Source: Octopus sinensis
Lineage: Eukaryota
Assembly: GCF_006345805.1 (NCBI RefSeq)
Contig: NC_043024.1
Location: forward strand, 4,526,001-4,590,000
Length of the DNA: 64,000 nt
Direction of reading: 5' to 3'
Of the stretch, positions 25,396 to 40,182 are shown piece by piece. Numbering within the stretch: position 1 is the stretch's first letter; each line of letters opens with the position of its first letter. The notes under the pieces were generated by a model. The model had not been told where the DNA came from. It saw nothing but the letters and a program-made list of their open reading frames with translations, and did not search any database. The position numbers and the translations under genes are program-made.

Positions 25396-28300
25396 CACAG
25401 TGACATTGGTTGTAGAACATTCCTTCAGAAGGACAAGTTTGTATCTCATAAAACCCTCTACACAAGAAAGAAACTATATCAATGTGATATCAATGGTAAG
25501 CCTTTCATTTGAAATGATCCATTAACGAATCGAAAGAGCATTGACAGAGGAAGGAAAACATATCACTGTGATAGCAGTGCTTAATCATTCTATCAAAATG
25601 GAGAATTCTACACAGTCATATTAATATGATAGATAAAACCATACCTAAGACATTTGTGCTCAATCAATCTATGAAAATGATCAATTATCAAAACAACTGC
25701 ATTCATACAGAAGAGGAACCATATCACTACAATGATGATAATCATCATCATTTAAAATTCACTTTTCCATGCTTCAATGGATCAGATGGAATTCATTGAT
25801 GGAGATTTTCCTGAGCTGGGTACCCTTTCTTGTGACCAATCCTCACCTGATTCCAAGCAAGGAAATATTTTCCCTGGTGAGACATTTTACGCAGAGGACT
25901 GGAAATGAAGGACTGCACAAGTATGATGGTCATGATGGCCATTTACGGACATCACTTAATATCTGGACAAGGCTACACTCACTTATGCATACACACACAC
26001 ACACGTGTATATATGTATGTATGAAGAATTTCTTATAGGAGATATTTTACATGTTTTCTCTTTGTCTGAAAGTTTGTAATTCCTATTAGGTAATGAAACA
26101 TATGTAATGCTGAATAAATACTATCAAACTGTTTTCCAGTCTCCTTATGTGATATGTAATTACTCTGCAAAAAATATTATCCAAACCTCAGACAAAAATG
26201 ATATTTATGTATATATATAATAACCAGCTTGTTTGTACAGCTGTTATGCTTTCATTAGATTAGTGGAATAAATGAGGGGTGGGGACAGAAGTGGGGAAAA
26301 GGGAGGGAGAAATAGAGTAAGGTGATCTTATAATAATTCTGTTACTTAGCTCGTCAGTAACACTTTCATGTTATTAGAGAAAAGGGGGTAGAGAGAGAAG
26401 AGATTATAAGACAAAGAGAGAGGCAAATAGAGAAAGAAAGAAAAGGAAGAGACAAAAGACTAAGAAAGAAGCAAGTATGACATGTGATAGGGGGAATGTA
26501 ATAGTTATTTTATGGTTAAAAAAGCTAGCTGAAGTTTGTGATATAGAGAAGAGTTAGAAATATAATCTTAGCAGAGGGGTGATGTTCTGATGGTGAGATT
26601 AAAGAAAAGCAGAGAGAGAGAGATGATGATGATGGTGGTGGTGTGTTGATAGGGAAAAGGAATTTCTCTTTTTTTTATAGAGACCATCACTCAACACTTG
26701 CACTTCTGTGCAATTATTTATCGCCTTCTCACTTAAGAGATTGATATTTGTTTCTAAGGATTAATTTAGCCTAAACTATGGATTCACAAGAGACACAGTT
26801 GCAAGCTGCCTGAGAAAAGATGCACAGATCTAGAGCATGGAACACTAAGAAGATATAATGAAAAGGAGGAAAATGATGGCACCGATGGTGTTGTGAGGAA
26901 TTGGATGTAGACAGATGCCAAGTATATTCAAAGAAAGCTAAAACTATGAATGCTATAAAAATGCAAATCATCCTCTCTTTCTTAAATAGATCCTCTTAAT
27001 TTTTTTCATTCTGTAGAATTTACATGGGTCCCACTAGTAATTACTAATAAACTAAAGTGGCGAACTGGCAGGGTTGTTAGCACATTGGGGAAAATGCTTA
27101 GCTGTGGTTCTTCTGACATGACATTTGCATTTAAATTCTGCCAAGGTGGACTTTGTCTTTCGTCCTTTTGGCGGTTGGTGGAAATAAGCAATGGTTGAGC
27201 ACTGGAATCGACATATTCAACTTAACACACACCCGTGGAATTGCTGGCCTTGTGCCAAAATTTGAAAACAGTACGAACTTTGATGTCGACTTCTTGCTCT
27301 TGCCTGTGATAATGCCAGAAGCACGTTGGCTTGCTTCAGTAGATTCTGTTGAACCTTGGTGTGTGGCCAACAAGTGCCAAGTATAATGGTTTATTCACAA
27401 CTAAATGCTTGTATTGCAGTTGTAAGTAGGCAGACCTATACACACACACACATATATTACATTAAAAATGAACTTCAATCTTGCTTCAAATGTTACATAG
27501 CCAAAATGGCACATAATGGGGAAAATACTATGAATTAAGACTTTCCTGAAATGTGAATACAAACGGAATAAAACAAGTTTCGCATGAATTGGACAACTGG
27601 TTCTTGAGATGTTAGGAGTTTTGGTGGGTATAAATACCCAAAACAGTGCATATTGAGAAAATACACCAAAAATAACTTAACCCTGAAAAGGAAGAATTTT
27701 TAGCCTTTCGGTTAGACACATTATGACTAACTTGCCAACAAAAAAAGTTGTTTTTACAGGAAATGTTTCTATTTTTGCTTTTTTGTATTTATATTTTAGC
27801 TTTCTTTAAACAGACAATTTTATTTATTTTTTTATTACATTCAATTGAATACCATTACGAATATTGTTTTGGCATATTTAAAAAATATTTTAAAGTGAAG
27901 ATGGCTTTAGAAATACTGTAAATATTTCGTAAAAGACCTGTTCATAACCTCACTGTGAAATAAATTCTTTCCATAGGTTTTATTCAAGTGCATTCAATGT
28001 ATCTCATCTCCAAAGATTCGGTTGCTATATCTAGCATGCCCTGTTACCATACAACAGCTATTTACGATACAGGACTCAAAATAGCTGTTATGTGGTAGCA
28101 GGGCATGCAAGAAATAGCGGCTGAATCTTTCTTTTTCTGAGGAAAGGAGCCGTTTATGCGTGATTTTAATGTAACATACATTGAAAGCATGTAAAATAAC
28201 CCAGAAAAAAAACAAAACAAAATTCTGTTGGTGGGGAAACTCCAAGGTCCCCCACCACCCCTCCCCCTTTATTTTCTGGAAGAATGTGGCGGCTGGTGGG

Positions 28301-28871
28301 TTTGGACTGAGCATCGTTGAATGCACTAAAAAAAACGTGGAAAAAATTATTTCACACCAAAGTACAAACGGGTCCTTTATGAAAAAGAAAGGACGGGTCA
28401 TTCGAAGCTTTCTGTCCCCTGTAAAGAACCAGGTCGTCCTCGCAATTTCGGCTGATTAATCTTGAGATTGCTCCAATCTGGCCAGCCCCAAGGAAAAAGT
28501 AAGCTAAGAGCATCAGATTCCTTGGAAGAAAGCATGGAATGTATACGAAAATAAGGACGGAAAAACAGACGATGTTACACAAGTATAAATACAAAATACA
28601 ATAAAAATATTAATAATAATAACAGGACATAACAACAGGTGTCTTTCGACTGGGGACGAATTGAATTCAGCTGGTGTGTGTGGAAATGAAGCCTTACGGC
28701 AGAGATACAGAACTTTCATCAACACACGGAAGAATATCGATGTTGCACTGACCGTGGTCAGACGCAAAAAGAGGGTTAGCTGTCTGGGCTATCGGTTACG
28801 TGGGAACAGAAGAGAGAGAAAAAGAGGAACAAAAGAATTAAGGAGGGGAGAGAGAAGAGAGAGAGTTGTAG
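25290..28871 (+). repeat. Left arm of a ~3.6-kb inverted duplication
   Basis: Reverse complement of ~40183-43780; small ORFs mirror each other (27006-27191 vs 41883-42068; 28513-28767 vs 40287-40541). Confidence 0.9.
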
Positions 28872-28902
28872 AAGCATATGAACAGAAGAATTAAGGAGAG
28901 GC

Positions 28903-28936
<34 letters not shown>

Positions 28937-29165
28937 TGTTATGAAAGTCTTTTCCTTGGGAAGTAAAATAGTGGATTCCCCATCAGTTTCCCCATTGTTC
29001 TAGGCAATATGCCTCTCTATCTCGCTATATTGCACTTATAAAATACTAGAATTTCGTAAAGCAAAAGCCAGTTGGTGAAATGAGATGACCAGAGACAGCC
29101 ATGATACATACAACTTTCACCAGCCATGATACATACAAATTTCAACAGCTCATCTTTCTCTAGCA

Positions 29166-29333
29166 AAGGCACAGGAGTGGCTGTGTGGTAAGTAGCTTGC
29201 TTACTAACCACATGGTTTCTGGGTTCAGTCCCACTGCGTGGAATTTTGGGCAAGCGTCTTCTTCTATAGCCCCGTGCCGACCAAAGCCTTGTGAGTGGAT
29301 TTGGTAGACGGAAACTGAAGGAAGCCTGTCGTA

Positions 29334-29412
<79 letters not shown>

Positions 29413-29610
29413 GTATGTGTGTTTGTCCCGATAGCATTGCATGCTGGTGTGTTTACGTCCCTGGCACTTAGCGGTTCGGCAAAAGAGACCGATAGAATAA
29501 GTACTGGGCTTACAAAGAATAAGTCCCGGAGTCGATTTGCTCGACTAAAGGCGGTGCTCCAGCATGGCCGCAGTCAAATGACTGAAACAAGTAAAAGAAT
29601 AAAAGAGTAT
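29166..29610 (+). mobile_element. tRNA-derived SINE with an internal (TA)n microsatellite
   Basis: Head, a ~65-bp (TA)n tract at 29335-29400 and tail; paralogue of 10148-10900. Confidence 0.8.
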
Positions 29611-29993
29611 ATATATATAAATATAATATATATAAATATATATATAATTATAATATATATATATATATATATGTGAATTATTAAAAATTTCCATATGTGC
29701 AGCCAAACAGAAAAGATTCGGCAGGATTGGTAATAATGACAATAATAATAATTTATGAGACAGAATTATCAAAGAAACATCTTTCACAAAATCCAAAATC
29801 TATAAATCATCTGCGTTTTGAGAAATTTGCTGCCTTTTGTTGAGAGAGTTCGATTTTTTGCTCATCGTTTTTTGTGTTAATTGTTAATTGAACAGTGCCC
29901 GTTGTGTAACGGTAATTTTGGCCTACGGGGCAGGAAATTCTGTGTTTAAAATTGTTATTACCTTCGAGGTAATTTTTGAAACATTTTTGAGAA

Positions 29994-31428
29994 ATGGATT
30001 TCGACTTGGCGTCGAAGAATGATTTTCCCGCGATGGGAACAAGTGAAATAAAGGTCACTGAAGTAAAAAAAAACAGTCTTTTTCGGCCGCGGTAGGCGGA
30101 ACCATGATGGACGTTGAATTCAAGACCGAACAACTATTCGAATTTCGGAACTTTGTAAAAATGGAAGGAAACGAAATCAAACTTGTACCGCCGCAAGCGA
30201 AGGTACAAGAAATAAAGGAAAAAACAGTTATATACAAAGTGTATAGCTACAAAGAAAAAAAATTATGGACGTTAGAAACGAGATAGTCGAAAAGTGCTTG
30301 TCCCCGGTGTGGGACAAAATTCGCCATGTCGTTCGAGGTGCTCGCAGCGCTACTGTTGAAGCACATTTTGACTCGGCTGAGGTAGCAAGAGAGGTGTCAT
30401 CAATGACCCTGAAAAATGATGATATCATGTTGCTACCCTCGTATATGGGAAAAAGAACAGCTAACCTGCTGGTAGAGGACATACCGAGAGGGTATGACAT
30501 AATGTGGGTGGCAGCGGCGGTCCTGCACAATGTAGAGCGGGAAGTTTCGATTCTGCAGATGAGAAGGAAAGAGGAGGTACGCTGGAAGGGACAGACGCTG
30601 GAACTCCTCGTTCAGGCAGAAAACAAGATATTGGAGAACCTGCCCGATAGGATATTTAACGAGGATGGAACGTCCATGAGAGTGTCAGTGGAGGGACGCA
30701 GACCTAGGTGCTTTAAATGTGGCGAGAAGGGTCACGTCCGCTCGAACTGCTTAAAAAAAAAGAAAACCAACGAAGCCCCTCCTCAAAGTGCTTCAAACAC
30801 TGAAGGGGAGAAGTCGGAAAAAGAAAACAAGACGACGACAAGCAAAGAAACAGAAACGGAGGATTGTATCGAACAAATGGATTACACACAGGTGACACAC
30901 AAAAGAAAAAAAGATAACACCCTGGACTCCCCTCCCCAAACAAGGAAAAAATCAGCAAGCACCGCAGACATACATACAAAGCAAATTCCCCAGCCCTACC
31001 CCCACGGCACTGTATTCATTGGAAAACAGTTCGCCAAGCCCCTCCCCATAAAACAAGATGTGAAAAAGTCTTTAAAAAAAAATAAGATCATAGCATTTGA
31101 TGAAAAAAACGAGAGGGTATATAAATACTTTAAATTTTCCAAATTTAAACTATTTAGCAAGGCTACAGACATAAAAGCAACCACTCGCTTCGCAAAAATA
31201 AAGGAAGACGAGTGGAAGGAGGAAATACTACAAGAACATCTAAAGAATAGACTGATAAGAGACGTAACAAAGGAAGTACTGGAGGGTAAACTTGTTATAA
31301 CCCCGGCAACCACACCTACCCAGAGCCCGGTGGCAACGCCGGTTAAGAGCCCTGCAGCTACGACCACAAGGGAGGAAGAAGGGGAAGCGGGCAGATTTAA
31401 ACTGTCATGCTCCCTTTCTCAACCGTAA
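29994..31428 (+). pseudogene. Tx1 ORF1 with frameshifts, at least some in A-runs
   Basis: ATG at 29994 (MDFDLASKN); frames 30104-30286 and 30265-31428; knuckle CFKCGEKGHVRSNC. Confidence 0.88.
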
Positions 31429-31455
31429 GTTCATTTATTTTTTCTCTCACCGACA

Positions 31456-34400
31456 ATGGCTAAGCTGGGTTGTGTGAATGTACGTGGAATGGGGACGAAA
31501 TGGAAACAAATTTGTTTCCTGAACGACCTCACGACACATGGAGTGGACATAGCTATTGCAACCGAGTCCAAGATGAACGAGGCCCAAGCGTTCTCGCCTC
31601 TTCTAAATGGGTTCGAGAAATTTATTTCTCCTAGCCGAGGAAGAGGCAGAGGCGTGGCAGTCCTTATCAGGAAGAGCTTGGACTTGCAGGTAAGTACTGT
31701 CTTTCTGGACCCAGAAGGCAGGCTGGTTGTTCTGGATGTGACCCACGTAAGTAAACAGTCCTTCAGGTTGGTAGCTGTCTACGCTCCGAATGAGTGTAGG
31801 CAGACGGGTTTTTTTCGGAACCTGGAGCCCTTTTTAGCGACGTCGAAAACGGTAGTCTTAGTAGGGGACTTTAACACTGTCCTTGAAGCGCGGGTCGACA
31901 GTGTTGGCTCAACCAATAGGAAGGGGAACCCTAGCCTCAAGGGTCTACTAGAGAGCTTTGATCTAGTGGACCGTTACCGACTGGATGAGCCGAGCGTTCC
32001 ACAGTGGACGTGGAGTAACAACGACGGCTCACACAGATCGTATTTAGATAGGATATTTATTAAGAAAAGAGATAAGGATACGTTTAGTTGTCCACAGTTT
32101 CACATTGTGCCTTACACGGATCACAAATTTGTGACGTGTAGGATGCAATTAGATAAGTGTCATAGACAGGGACCCGGATACTGCAAGCTGAACAAGGCTA
32201 TTTTGAATTGTGAAGACTTCCGTACCCGGATTAAGGTGTTAGTACAGAGGGCATTGTGTGGCACCATCATTAACAATAGATGGTGGCACTCCCTCAAAAG
32301 AGCCATTCGTTCAGAGTCCATTAGATTTAGCAATCAGCTAAGGTTAGATAGGTCTAGGATAGAGGACGATTTAGTTAAGAATCTAAACGAGGCAATGGAA
32401 GCTGGCTCTGCATCCGGAGTGATGGCGGCAAGGACGGTATTGTACCGTCACCTTAACTCCAAACACGAAGGTTGCAGAGTCAGAGCTAAGCTACGCGCTG
32501 GGAAACGAGAAGATATTAACGTTGCCGGATGGGCCCGTCGAGTGGAGAGTCAGAGAGGTAACAAAGCCTCAATCAAGTCTTTAACTGACGAACAGGGACA
32601 AAAGAGGAGATGCAAAAGTTTCTTCACCAGCATTTCGCCCGCGTGTTCGGGGGTGGTGTGACGCCGGAGCGGGGGAGGACCTTAAAGGACTTCCTAGCCG
32701 GCGGACCGCGGCTCTCGGGGCGTGAGGTGGAGTGCTGTGAAGAAGCGATCACTCCCGCGGAGATAGAGGGGATACTGGCCGGATGCGCCGGGGAGAAGTC
32801 GCCGGGGTTGGATGGGCTGCCCTACGAGTTTTACCAAAGTATGCCGGACTTGTTCGGGGGAATATTGGCAGGCGTCTACACGAACTGGCAGCAGAATGGG
32901 AGAATTCCCAGTTCTGTAAGCCGGGGAGTGGTGACGCTAATCCAGAAAGACCCGAGCAAGGGGGATAACATTAGTAACTACAGGCCCATAACTCTACTTA
33001 ATGTAGAGTTAAAGATTTTGGCCAAGGTGTTGGCAAAAAGGTTGACGGTTGTCGTGGAGAAACTTGTAGGGAGAGCATAGACATGTGCAATTCCAGGCAG
33101 GTCGATCCAGGACAATCTTCACCTTATACGCTACACCTTAGATAGGGTGGGTAAATTAACCGGCAAGGGCGGGGTAATGGTCCATTTAGACCAAGGTAAA
33201 GCGTTCGATAGGGTAGACCATGAGTACCTGGCGACGGTCCTCGAAGCGGCTGGACTGGGCCCTGAATTTCGCGGGTGGATCTCCGCTATGTATAGCGGCA
33301 TCAAGTCCACCGTCCAGATAAACGGTTACCTAACGGAACCGTTTTCGATCGAATGTTCAGTTCGTCAAGGGTGCCCCTTGTCACCACTTTTGTACGTGTT
33401 GGCTCTTGAGCCATTGCTGCGAAAGTTGGAGAGGCTGGGAAGTAACTCGGATGAGATCGGAGGTGGGAGGACGGTTACTGCTTATGCGGATGACGTCACC
33501 CTCATCGTGTCCAATGAGGCCCAGCTACCTTGTGTGGAAGAGGCTATCAGAGGATACGAGGCGGTGGCAGAGCAAAGGTTAACAAGGACAAGTCGGTTGG
33601 CTTGCGCCTCGGCACCTGGAGGAGCAAGTCGATATCGTCCAGTGTCGTGGGACACTGGACGGATGGCCCTGTTAAGTTGCTAGGAGTTTGGTTTGGGCCA
33701 GACTCCCAAACGGAGAGGAACTGGAGTGAGGTGACGAGCAAGGTGGAGGCCATAGTACGGACCTGGTCCGGAAGGTTTCTGTCCTTGAAAGGAAGGGTGG
33801 AGGTGGTACAGATGTTCATTGCATCTGTAATCACTTACCGCCTGACCGTTGTCCCTTGCCCCGATTCATGGCTTAGCAAGTTGGAGCGAATCCTTTTCCG
33901 CTTTTTGTGGAAGGGAGGAAAGCCACTTGTGAGGCGCTCCGTTTGCTGCCACGAACCGTTAAAGGGTGGGTTAGGAATGCCTTGGTTGATGATGCGCAGA
34001 CATGCGTTGAGGCTGAAGCATCTCTGGCACCACCTGGAGGGTGATAAGGTGTGGAGTCCGCTGGCAGGGGAATTTTTCCCGAGACCGGCCTCCTTAGTGA
34101 ATTTTAAACCGGGTCGTATCAAAAGATGGAAACTGACTTTATGGCAAAAGGAGTGCCGACAGGCACTCACGCTGATCCACAAGGCGGGCAAGGCCGGCTG
34201 CGGAAATACCACCTCGGTATTTTATAGAAGGCTGGTAGAGGCAAAGAACGACGACGTCCTAGGAGGGGCTCTGGGGTTTGACGAAGACCAGCTTACCAAC
34301 CTGTTTAAAAAGACTTTCAGGACGGGGTATTTGGATAATTTCCAAAGATCCCTGGCCTGGCAGTGCTATAGGAATGCTTTACCTGTTCGCGAGAAGTTAT

Positions 34401-34816
34401 CGCGGCACGGAATTTCAGTGCCACCGACGTGTCCAAGGTGCGAGTTGGACGATGAAACCGTCCAGCACGCTTTTGTACACTGTCGGAAGTTGTCCGACTT
34501 GATAAGTTACGCAGAACACGTATTATCGCATCTGGGACGAGTACAGCTGATTAAGATGATACCGCCAACTGGACTCTCGAAGGAAGGTGAGGCATGTTTT
34601 CACTGTACGGTTGCAGTAGTAAAAGAATGCATGTGGAGAACAAGAATGGAAGGAGTCGCGATAGGAACCTTTGTCTCGGGCCCCGGCTTGCTCACTTACT
34701 TCAGATATCATCTGAAGAGCAAAATGGGGCTGGAAAAGAGGAACTTACCACGGGGTGTGTATGAGAAAAGATGGAAGGAAGTGGAAAAAAAGGTGGGTGT
34801 CAGAAACCCAGCTTAA
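31456..34816 (+). pseudogene. Tx1 ORF2 (APE endonuclease, reverse transcriptase, C-terminal zinc finger), disrupted
   Basis: GDFN, TDH, QGCPLSP and YADD motifs. Relative to copy B there is a 13-bp deletion at ~32605, CAG>TAG at 33078, a 1-bp deletion at ~33570 and a 15-bp deletion at ~34548. Confidence 0.93.
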
Positions 34817-36604
34817 CTATGGAGGGAGGAGAGGAAATAAAAGCTGCGGGGCCTTATAAATTGCCGGGGTTTGAAACTTCGGTTAAGAACTGTGATAAGA
34901 TTCTACTGGTTATGTAAAGGACAATTTAGAGACGAATTTTTAATCCAAATGTTATGAAAAATTTTTTAAAAGCGAACCTCTTAATTATTTGTTTTGCATG
35001 TATGTTATGTATTTGTAATTCTATGTAAACGATTGTATAATCGTAATAAAGAAATTACGACTGATATTTAAGAGAAAACCCAATCAAATATATGCAAATA
35101 ATTCGTAATTAACTGTCTAAAGAAACAGATACAGCATTTAAGATTATGTGGACGTGAAAAATATAATTAACGTTTGTTGTAGAAATCTAGAAATTCTCTT
35201 GAAGCTGTCGTTGTCCACTCTGACTCCAGTTCTCACATCTTCCTCCTTCACTCTTTCTCTCCATATCTATTACTATGTAAGTATTTATTTAAACATTTCT
35301 ATTATATATGTGTCGTATTATGTATATTTATTTGTTTCGATGTGTTGAGAAAGTTAAAAGAAAAAAAAATCTCACTAAGACGAAATTATACGAAAGGCTG
35401 TAATTTTAATACTTTCATTGTGTTGTCGTTTTCTTTTAGACATTTCATTGCACTTTTGGTTATTTTCTAAATTATTTGTAAAAACGTCGGATCAATCCCT
35501 TGTTTAGATAACATTTATCTTTCTTTCTAACGTGTAAATTCGACAATTTCGTTAAATGCGGGAAAATTACGATGTAATTAGTAAGAAATGGGGAATGTAT
35601 AAAAATACGATTGTGCACTTGAAATACTGAAACGAAAAGCAAATATCGTATCGAGAGGAAATGGATCGGCTTTTATTTGAAACATAGGAAGTCTTTATTT
35701 CTGCATCATTAAAAGTTAGAATTAATATGTTTTTCTAATTTATTTAATTTTTGTGTGTGTGGAGTGCTGCTTTAAGCACCTAATATAATCCCTCGTCACA
35801 TATTTTTATTTGGGGGAATTTTCAGAAATTTTTGCGTACGAGAATTCGTACAACCAAAAAAAGAAAAAAATCAACTGTGATTTATGAGCTATTTAGCTGT
35901 TGTTTTTCGCACATCTCACGACCAGTATGGTAATAATTCTCTGCTTAAGTTCCTCTGGGCTATTTAGCTGTTATTCCAGGAGTTAGTATTATAATAGATG
36001 TGTCTACTCTATGATATAAACATTTTGGTAATGCAGAAATTGGATAAATTTAATACTTCAGATAAAGAATTACTTCTACAATTTATGAAAACAGAAATGT
36101 TGTAAATTTGCACTTTTGAATATCTGCCTTTTAAACATACTTGATGTCTTATATTATTTTTTCTATTCTTTCAGAAAATCACATGAAATTGGCTAGAAAG
36201 TATTTTTTTACTTTTAAAGAATCATCAATATGTATCATGTTTGAAAGACTCTGCAAAGATATTCTACAAACGTATAATCCTGCTTCTAGAAAACATTGCT
36301 GAATTACAGTAAAATATTTCCTCTGAGAGAGAAAGCATTTCTTTACTTCTGTGTCTGAAATGTGCAAGAGATAATTTTCTCTTTTAAATATACTTTGATG
36401 GATTTCCAAAGAGTATTTGCAACATTTTTAAATATTGGCATTGATCACGTTTAGAAGAAATATAAGAGAAGTGATATTTGTTGGGAATAAACTATAAAAG
36501 CAAAAAGAAGCAAAATATCCATATATTTTGGTGAGAGGAGAGATATTTTTGAAAAGTTGTTGATCTGTACAACTTGAAGGTTCAGTTTTATTTTTCTTGA
36601 AGAG

Positions 36605-37381
36605 ATGTCGGAAGAATTAAGAGAATCATCATATAACTGTGACATCTGCAAAGAGTCATTCTTAGACGAAAGTAAATTCAATCAACACAAACAAATTCAT
36701 ACAGAGAAAGCACCATATCACTGTGATATCTGTGGTAAATCATTCTCTCACAAGAATAGCTTAACTAGACACAAACGTATTCATTCAGGGGAGAAACCAT
36801 ATCACTGTGATATCTGTGGTAAATCATTCTCTCACAAGAATAGCTTAACTAGACACAAACGTATTCATTCAGGGGAACAACCATATCACTGTGATATCTG
36901 TGGTAAATCATTCTATCATGGCAGGAACTTAACAAAACACAAGCGTATTCATACAGGGGAGAAACCATATCACTGTGATATCTGTGATAAATCATTCTCT
37001 TGTTATGATAGCTTAGCTATTCACATACGTATTCATACAGGTGAGAAACAATACCACTGTGATATCTGTGGTAAATCATTCTATCAAGAAGGTAACTTAA
37101 CTCAACACAAACGGGTTCATACAGGGGAGAAACCATATCAATGTGATACCTGTGGTAAATCATTCTCTGATGGAAGTAACTTAACTAACCACAAACGTGC
37201 TCATACAGTCGAGAAACCATATTCCTGTGATATCTGTCGTAAATCATTCTCAGAAAGCAGCAGCTTAACTACGCACAAGCGTATTCATACAGGGGAGAAA
37301 CCATATTCCTGTGATATCTGTGGTAAATCATTCGATCAAAGCGGTAACCTAACTCGACACAAACGGGTTCATACAGGGTAG
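36605..37381 (+). CDS. C2H2 zinc-finger protein ZNF-4, 9 fingers, 258 aa, with one more finger behind the stop
   Basis: Finger array; donor G at 35277 and acceptor ending at 36174. TAG in a linker at 37379-37381, with the frame open again to 37480. Confidence 0.87.
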   Translation: MSEELRESSYNCDICKESFLDESKFNQHKQIHTEKAPYHCDICGKSFSHKNSLTRHKRIHSGEKPYHCDICGKSFSHKNSLTRHKRIHSGEQPYHCDICGKSFYHGRNLTKHKRIHTGEKPYHCDICDKSFSCYDSLAIHIRIHTGEKQYHCDICGKSFYQEGNLTQHKRVHTGEKPYQCDTCGKSFSDGSNLTNHKRAHTVEKPYSCDICRKSFSESSSLTTHKRIHTGEKPYSCDICGKSFDQSGNLTRHKRVHTG

Positions 37382-37477
<96 letters not shown>

Positions 37478-38284
37478 TGATATCTGTGGCATATCATTTA
37501 CACAAAATCATTTCCTATTTAAACAGAAGTCTTTCCTTATGAAGTGGGTCCATAACACAGTGATATTTGTTGTACAACATTTCCTCAGAAGGACAAAGGA
37601 CGTATCTCATAAAGACATCCACAGAATATAGAAACTATATGAATGTGACATCTATAGTAAATCTTTGACATGAAATCATCCAATATTGAATCAAAAGAGC
37701 ATTGACAGAGGAAGGAAAACATATCACTGTGATGTTAAACCTGAATCATACTTTCAAAATGGTGAATTAATTATACACAGTCCTGTTAATATGAAGAATA
37801 TGCCATACCCTAAGATATCTGATAATAATCAATTATAACATAAATTAATTCAAACAGAAGAGGAACCATATCACTATGATGATGATCCTCATCATTTAAC
37901 ATTCTTCTATGGATCAGATTGAATTCATTGATACCTTCCCTGTTTCCCACCAAGGAAATATTTTCCCTGGTGAGACATATTTTGCACAGAAGACTGGAAA
38001 TGAACAACTGCACAAGTATGACGGTCATGATGGCCATTTATGAACACCACATAATATCTGGACAAGGGTGCACACACACACTTATGTATGTCTGAAGATT
38101 TTCTTATAAGAAATATCTTACATGTTCTCTACGCATCTAAAAGTTTATAATTCCTATTAGGAAATGAAACACATGTAATGCTGAATAAATAATATCAAAC
38201 TTTTCTCCACTGTCCTTATGTGTTATGTAATTACTCTGTAAAAAATATCATCCAGACCGCCCACAAAAATAATATATATGTATA

Positions 38285-38688
38285 CCGTAAATCCTTGAGT
38301 ATAATCCGCATTTTTTTCCCAAAATTTATCGGTCAAAATCCCTTGTGCGTACTACATACGAGGTTAAAATAAAAAATATCTTCTAAGCAATGTCCGAGTC
38401 TCTATTTTGCTGTCAGGCAAAGTTTATTCAGACGTAACATTTATTAAAATAAAAGTATTCAGAACACAGAATAACATGTAACAAAATCAATTTGCAAACA
38501 TATTTACATTCCCATATAACAGTTAAAAACATCACCATTATTGTATTACGCATGCGTGGAAGTGTTTGTTTGACTAGGTGCTGCTGGCTTAATTATGCAC
38601 GGCTCAAGTTAGAGAAGGGATGTGTATTATACACAAGGTTTAGGTTTAGGTGTTATACTCAAGTGTGGACTAAACCGAGGATTTACAG
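38285..38688. mobile_element. TA-flanked MITE (Tc1/mariner-like)
   Basis: TIRs CCGTAAATCC / GGATTTACAG with TA on both sides; inverted paralogue at 54607-55099. Confidence 0.7.
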
Positions 38689-38709
38689 TATAATATATAT
38701 ATAGTAACC

Positions 38710-39082
38710 GGAGGCGCAATGGCCCAGTGGTTATGGCAGCGGACTCGCAGTCGTAGGATCGCGGTTTCGACTCCCAGACCGGGCGTTGTGAGTGTTTATT
38801 GAGCGAAAACACCTAAAGCTCCACGAGGCTCCGGCAGGGGATGGTTGTGATCCCTGCTGTACTCTCTCAACACAACTTTCTCTCACTCTTACTTCCTGTT
38901 TCTGTTGTACCTGTATTTCAAAGGGCCGGCCTTGTCACGCTGAATATCCCCGAGAACTACGTTAAGGGTACACGTGTCTGTGGAGTGCTCAGCCACTTAC
39001 ACGTTAATTTCACGAGCAGGCTGTTCCGTTGATTCGGATCAACCGGAACCCTCGTCGTCGTAACCGACGGAGTGCTTCCACC
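38710..39082 (+). mobile_element. Full-length young tRNA-derived SINE with a 13-bp TSD
   Basis: A-box TGGCCCAGTGG and B-box GGTTTCGACTCC; TSD ATATATAGTAACC at 38697-38709 and 39083-39095. Confidence 0.88.
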
Positions 39083-39104
39083 ATATATAGTAACCAGCTT
39101 GTTT

Positions 39105-39365
39105 GTGGTTAAAGTCGGTGTGCATCAGGGATCTGTGTTATCACCATTGTTGTTTGCATTAGTGGTTGAAGTGGAGAAGGAGAATGCAAGAAAGAGACTG
39201 TAAATGGAGATACTGTATGCAGATGACCTTGTTCTGATGAGAGAGAAGTTTTGGAAATGGAAGGAGGCATTTGAAAGCAAGGGTTTGAAGGTAAACCTTG
39301 GGAAAACAAAAGGTGATAGTGAGTGGGGTGGAAGGAGAAGTGTTGGTGAGTAAGGTGGATCCATG
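39105..39365 (+). mobile_element. RTE-like LINE reverse transcriptase fragment
   Basis: Translates to VKVGVHQGSVLSPLLF...ILYADDLVLM...FESKGLKVNLGKTK. Confidence 0.8.
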
Positions 39366-39558
39366 TAGAAAGAGAAAATGATGTTTTATAAACACATTCT
39401 ACCAGTATACGAAGTTTAAAATTTTTTAGTTACCTAGAAATTATGTTAAAAAACAGCCATTCAAACCAAAAAGATCTGATAATTTTAATATTTGAGGGAT
39501 TCATATAATTTTCCATGCAGAATTTCATCAGTTAATTTGCTTCTTCCACAGAAAGTTG

Positions 39559-39968
39559 GGATCATTTCGGTTTGAACGGCAGTTTTTTAAAATAATTTCT
39601 AGGTAACCAAACACTTTTAAACTTCCTATACTGGAAGAATGTGTTTATAAAACATCTTTTTCTTTTGGCTTTATTGAGAAAATTCTATAGTTTATAAGAT
39701 ATTTGTTGTTTTTTTCCTTCAATTTCTGCAATTTCAACCAATCAATGACGTCTATTGAGGTGAAAACATTCTGTGCTGTATGAATATGGCCCTCGTTTAA
39801 GGAACAGATTGGGTTTATTTACATTTGTGAAGAAAAGAGATACCCTTTCCCCTAACCCCAACCCTAAAACAGATTGAAATGCAATAGATCGATACTAGGG
39901 TCATAATTATGGGTGACAATTTCATATGACACCGCTAGAAAAAACTGCCGTTCAAACCGATAAGATCC
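39559..39968. mobile_element. hAT-type MITE with ~29-bp TIRs and an 8-bp TSD
   Basis: TSD GAAAGTTG at 39551-39558 and 39969-39976. An inverted fragment of the same family lies at ~39365-39478. Confidence 0.88.
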
Positions 39969-40182
39969 GAAAGTTGTTTTTAAGTTACAATGGCTTAAAG
40001 TTCGATTACGTTTACTCATTCACAAAACAGGGTTTGGAAGCTATCATTTTGAGCATGGCAACACGTGTTGTCAGATATTTGTGAATCTGTATTCTTCACA
40101 CGGTAATTCATAGGGTACTTTTACTTTTGTTTCAGTCATTCGACTGCGGCCATGCTGGAGCACCACTTGTAGTCGAACAAAC

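Larger units (their letters stand above)
29807..35054 (+). mobile_element. Full-length L1/Tx1-type retrotransposon, family 1, copy C (~5.25 kb)
   Basis: 5' UTR, ORF1 (CCHC), ORF2 (APE-RT-zinc finger) and a 3' UTR ending in AATAAAGAAA, joined to exon 1 of the ZNF-4 unit. Confidence 0.96.
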
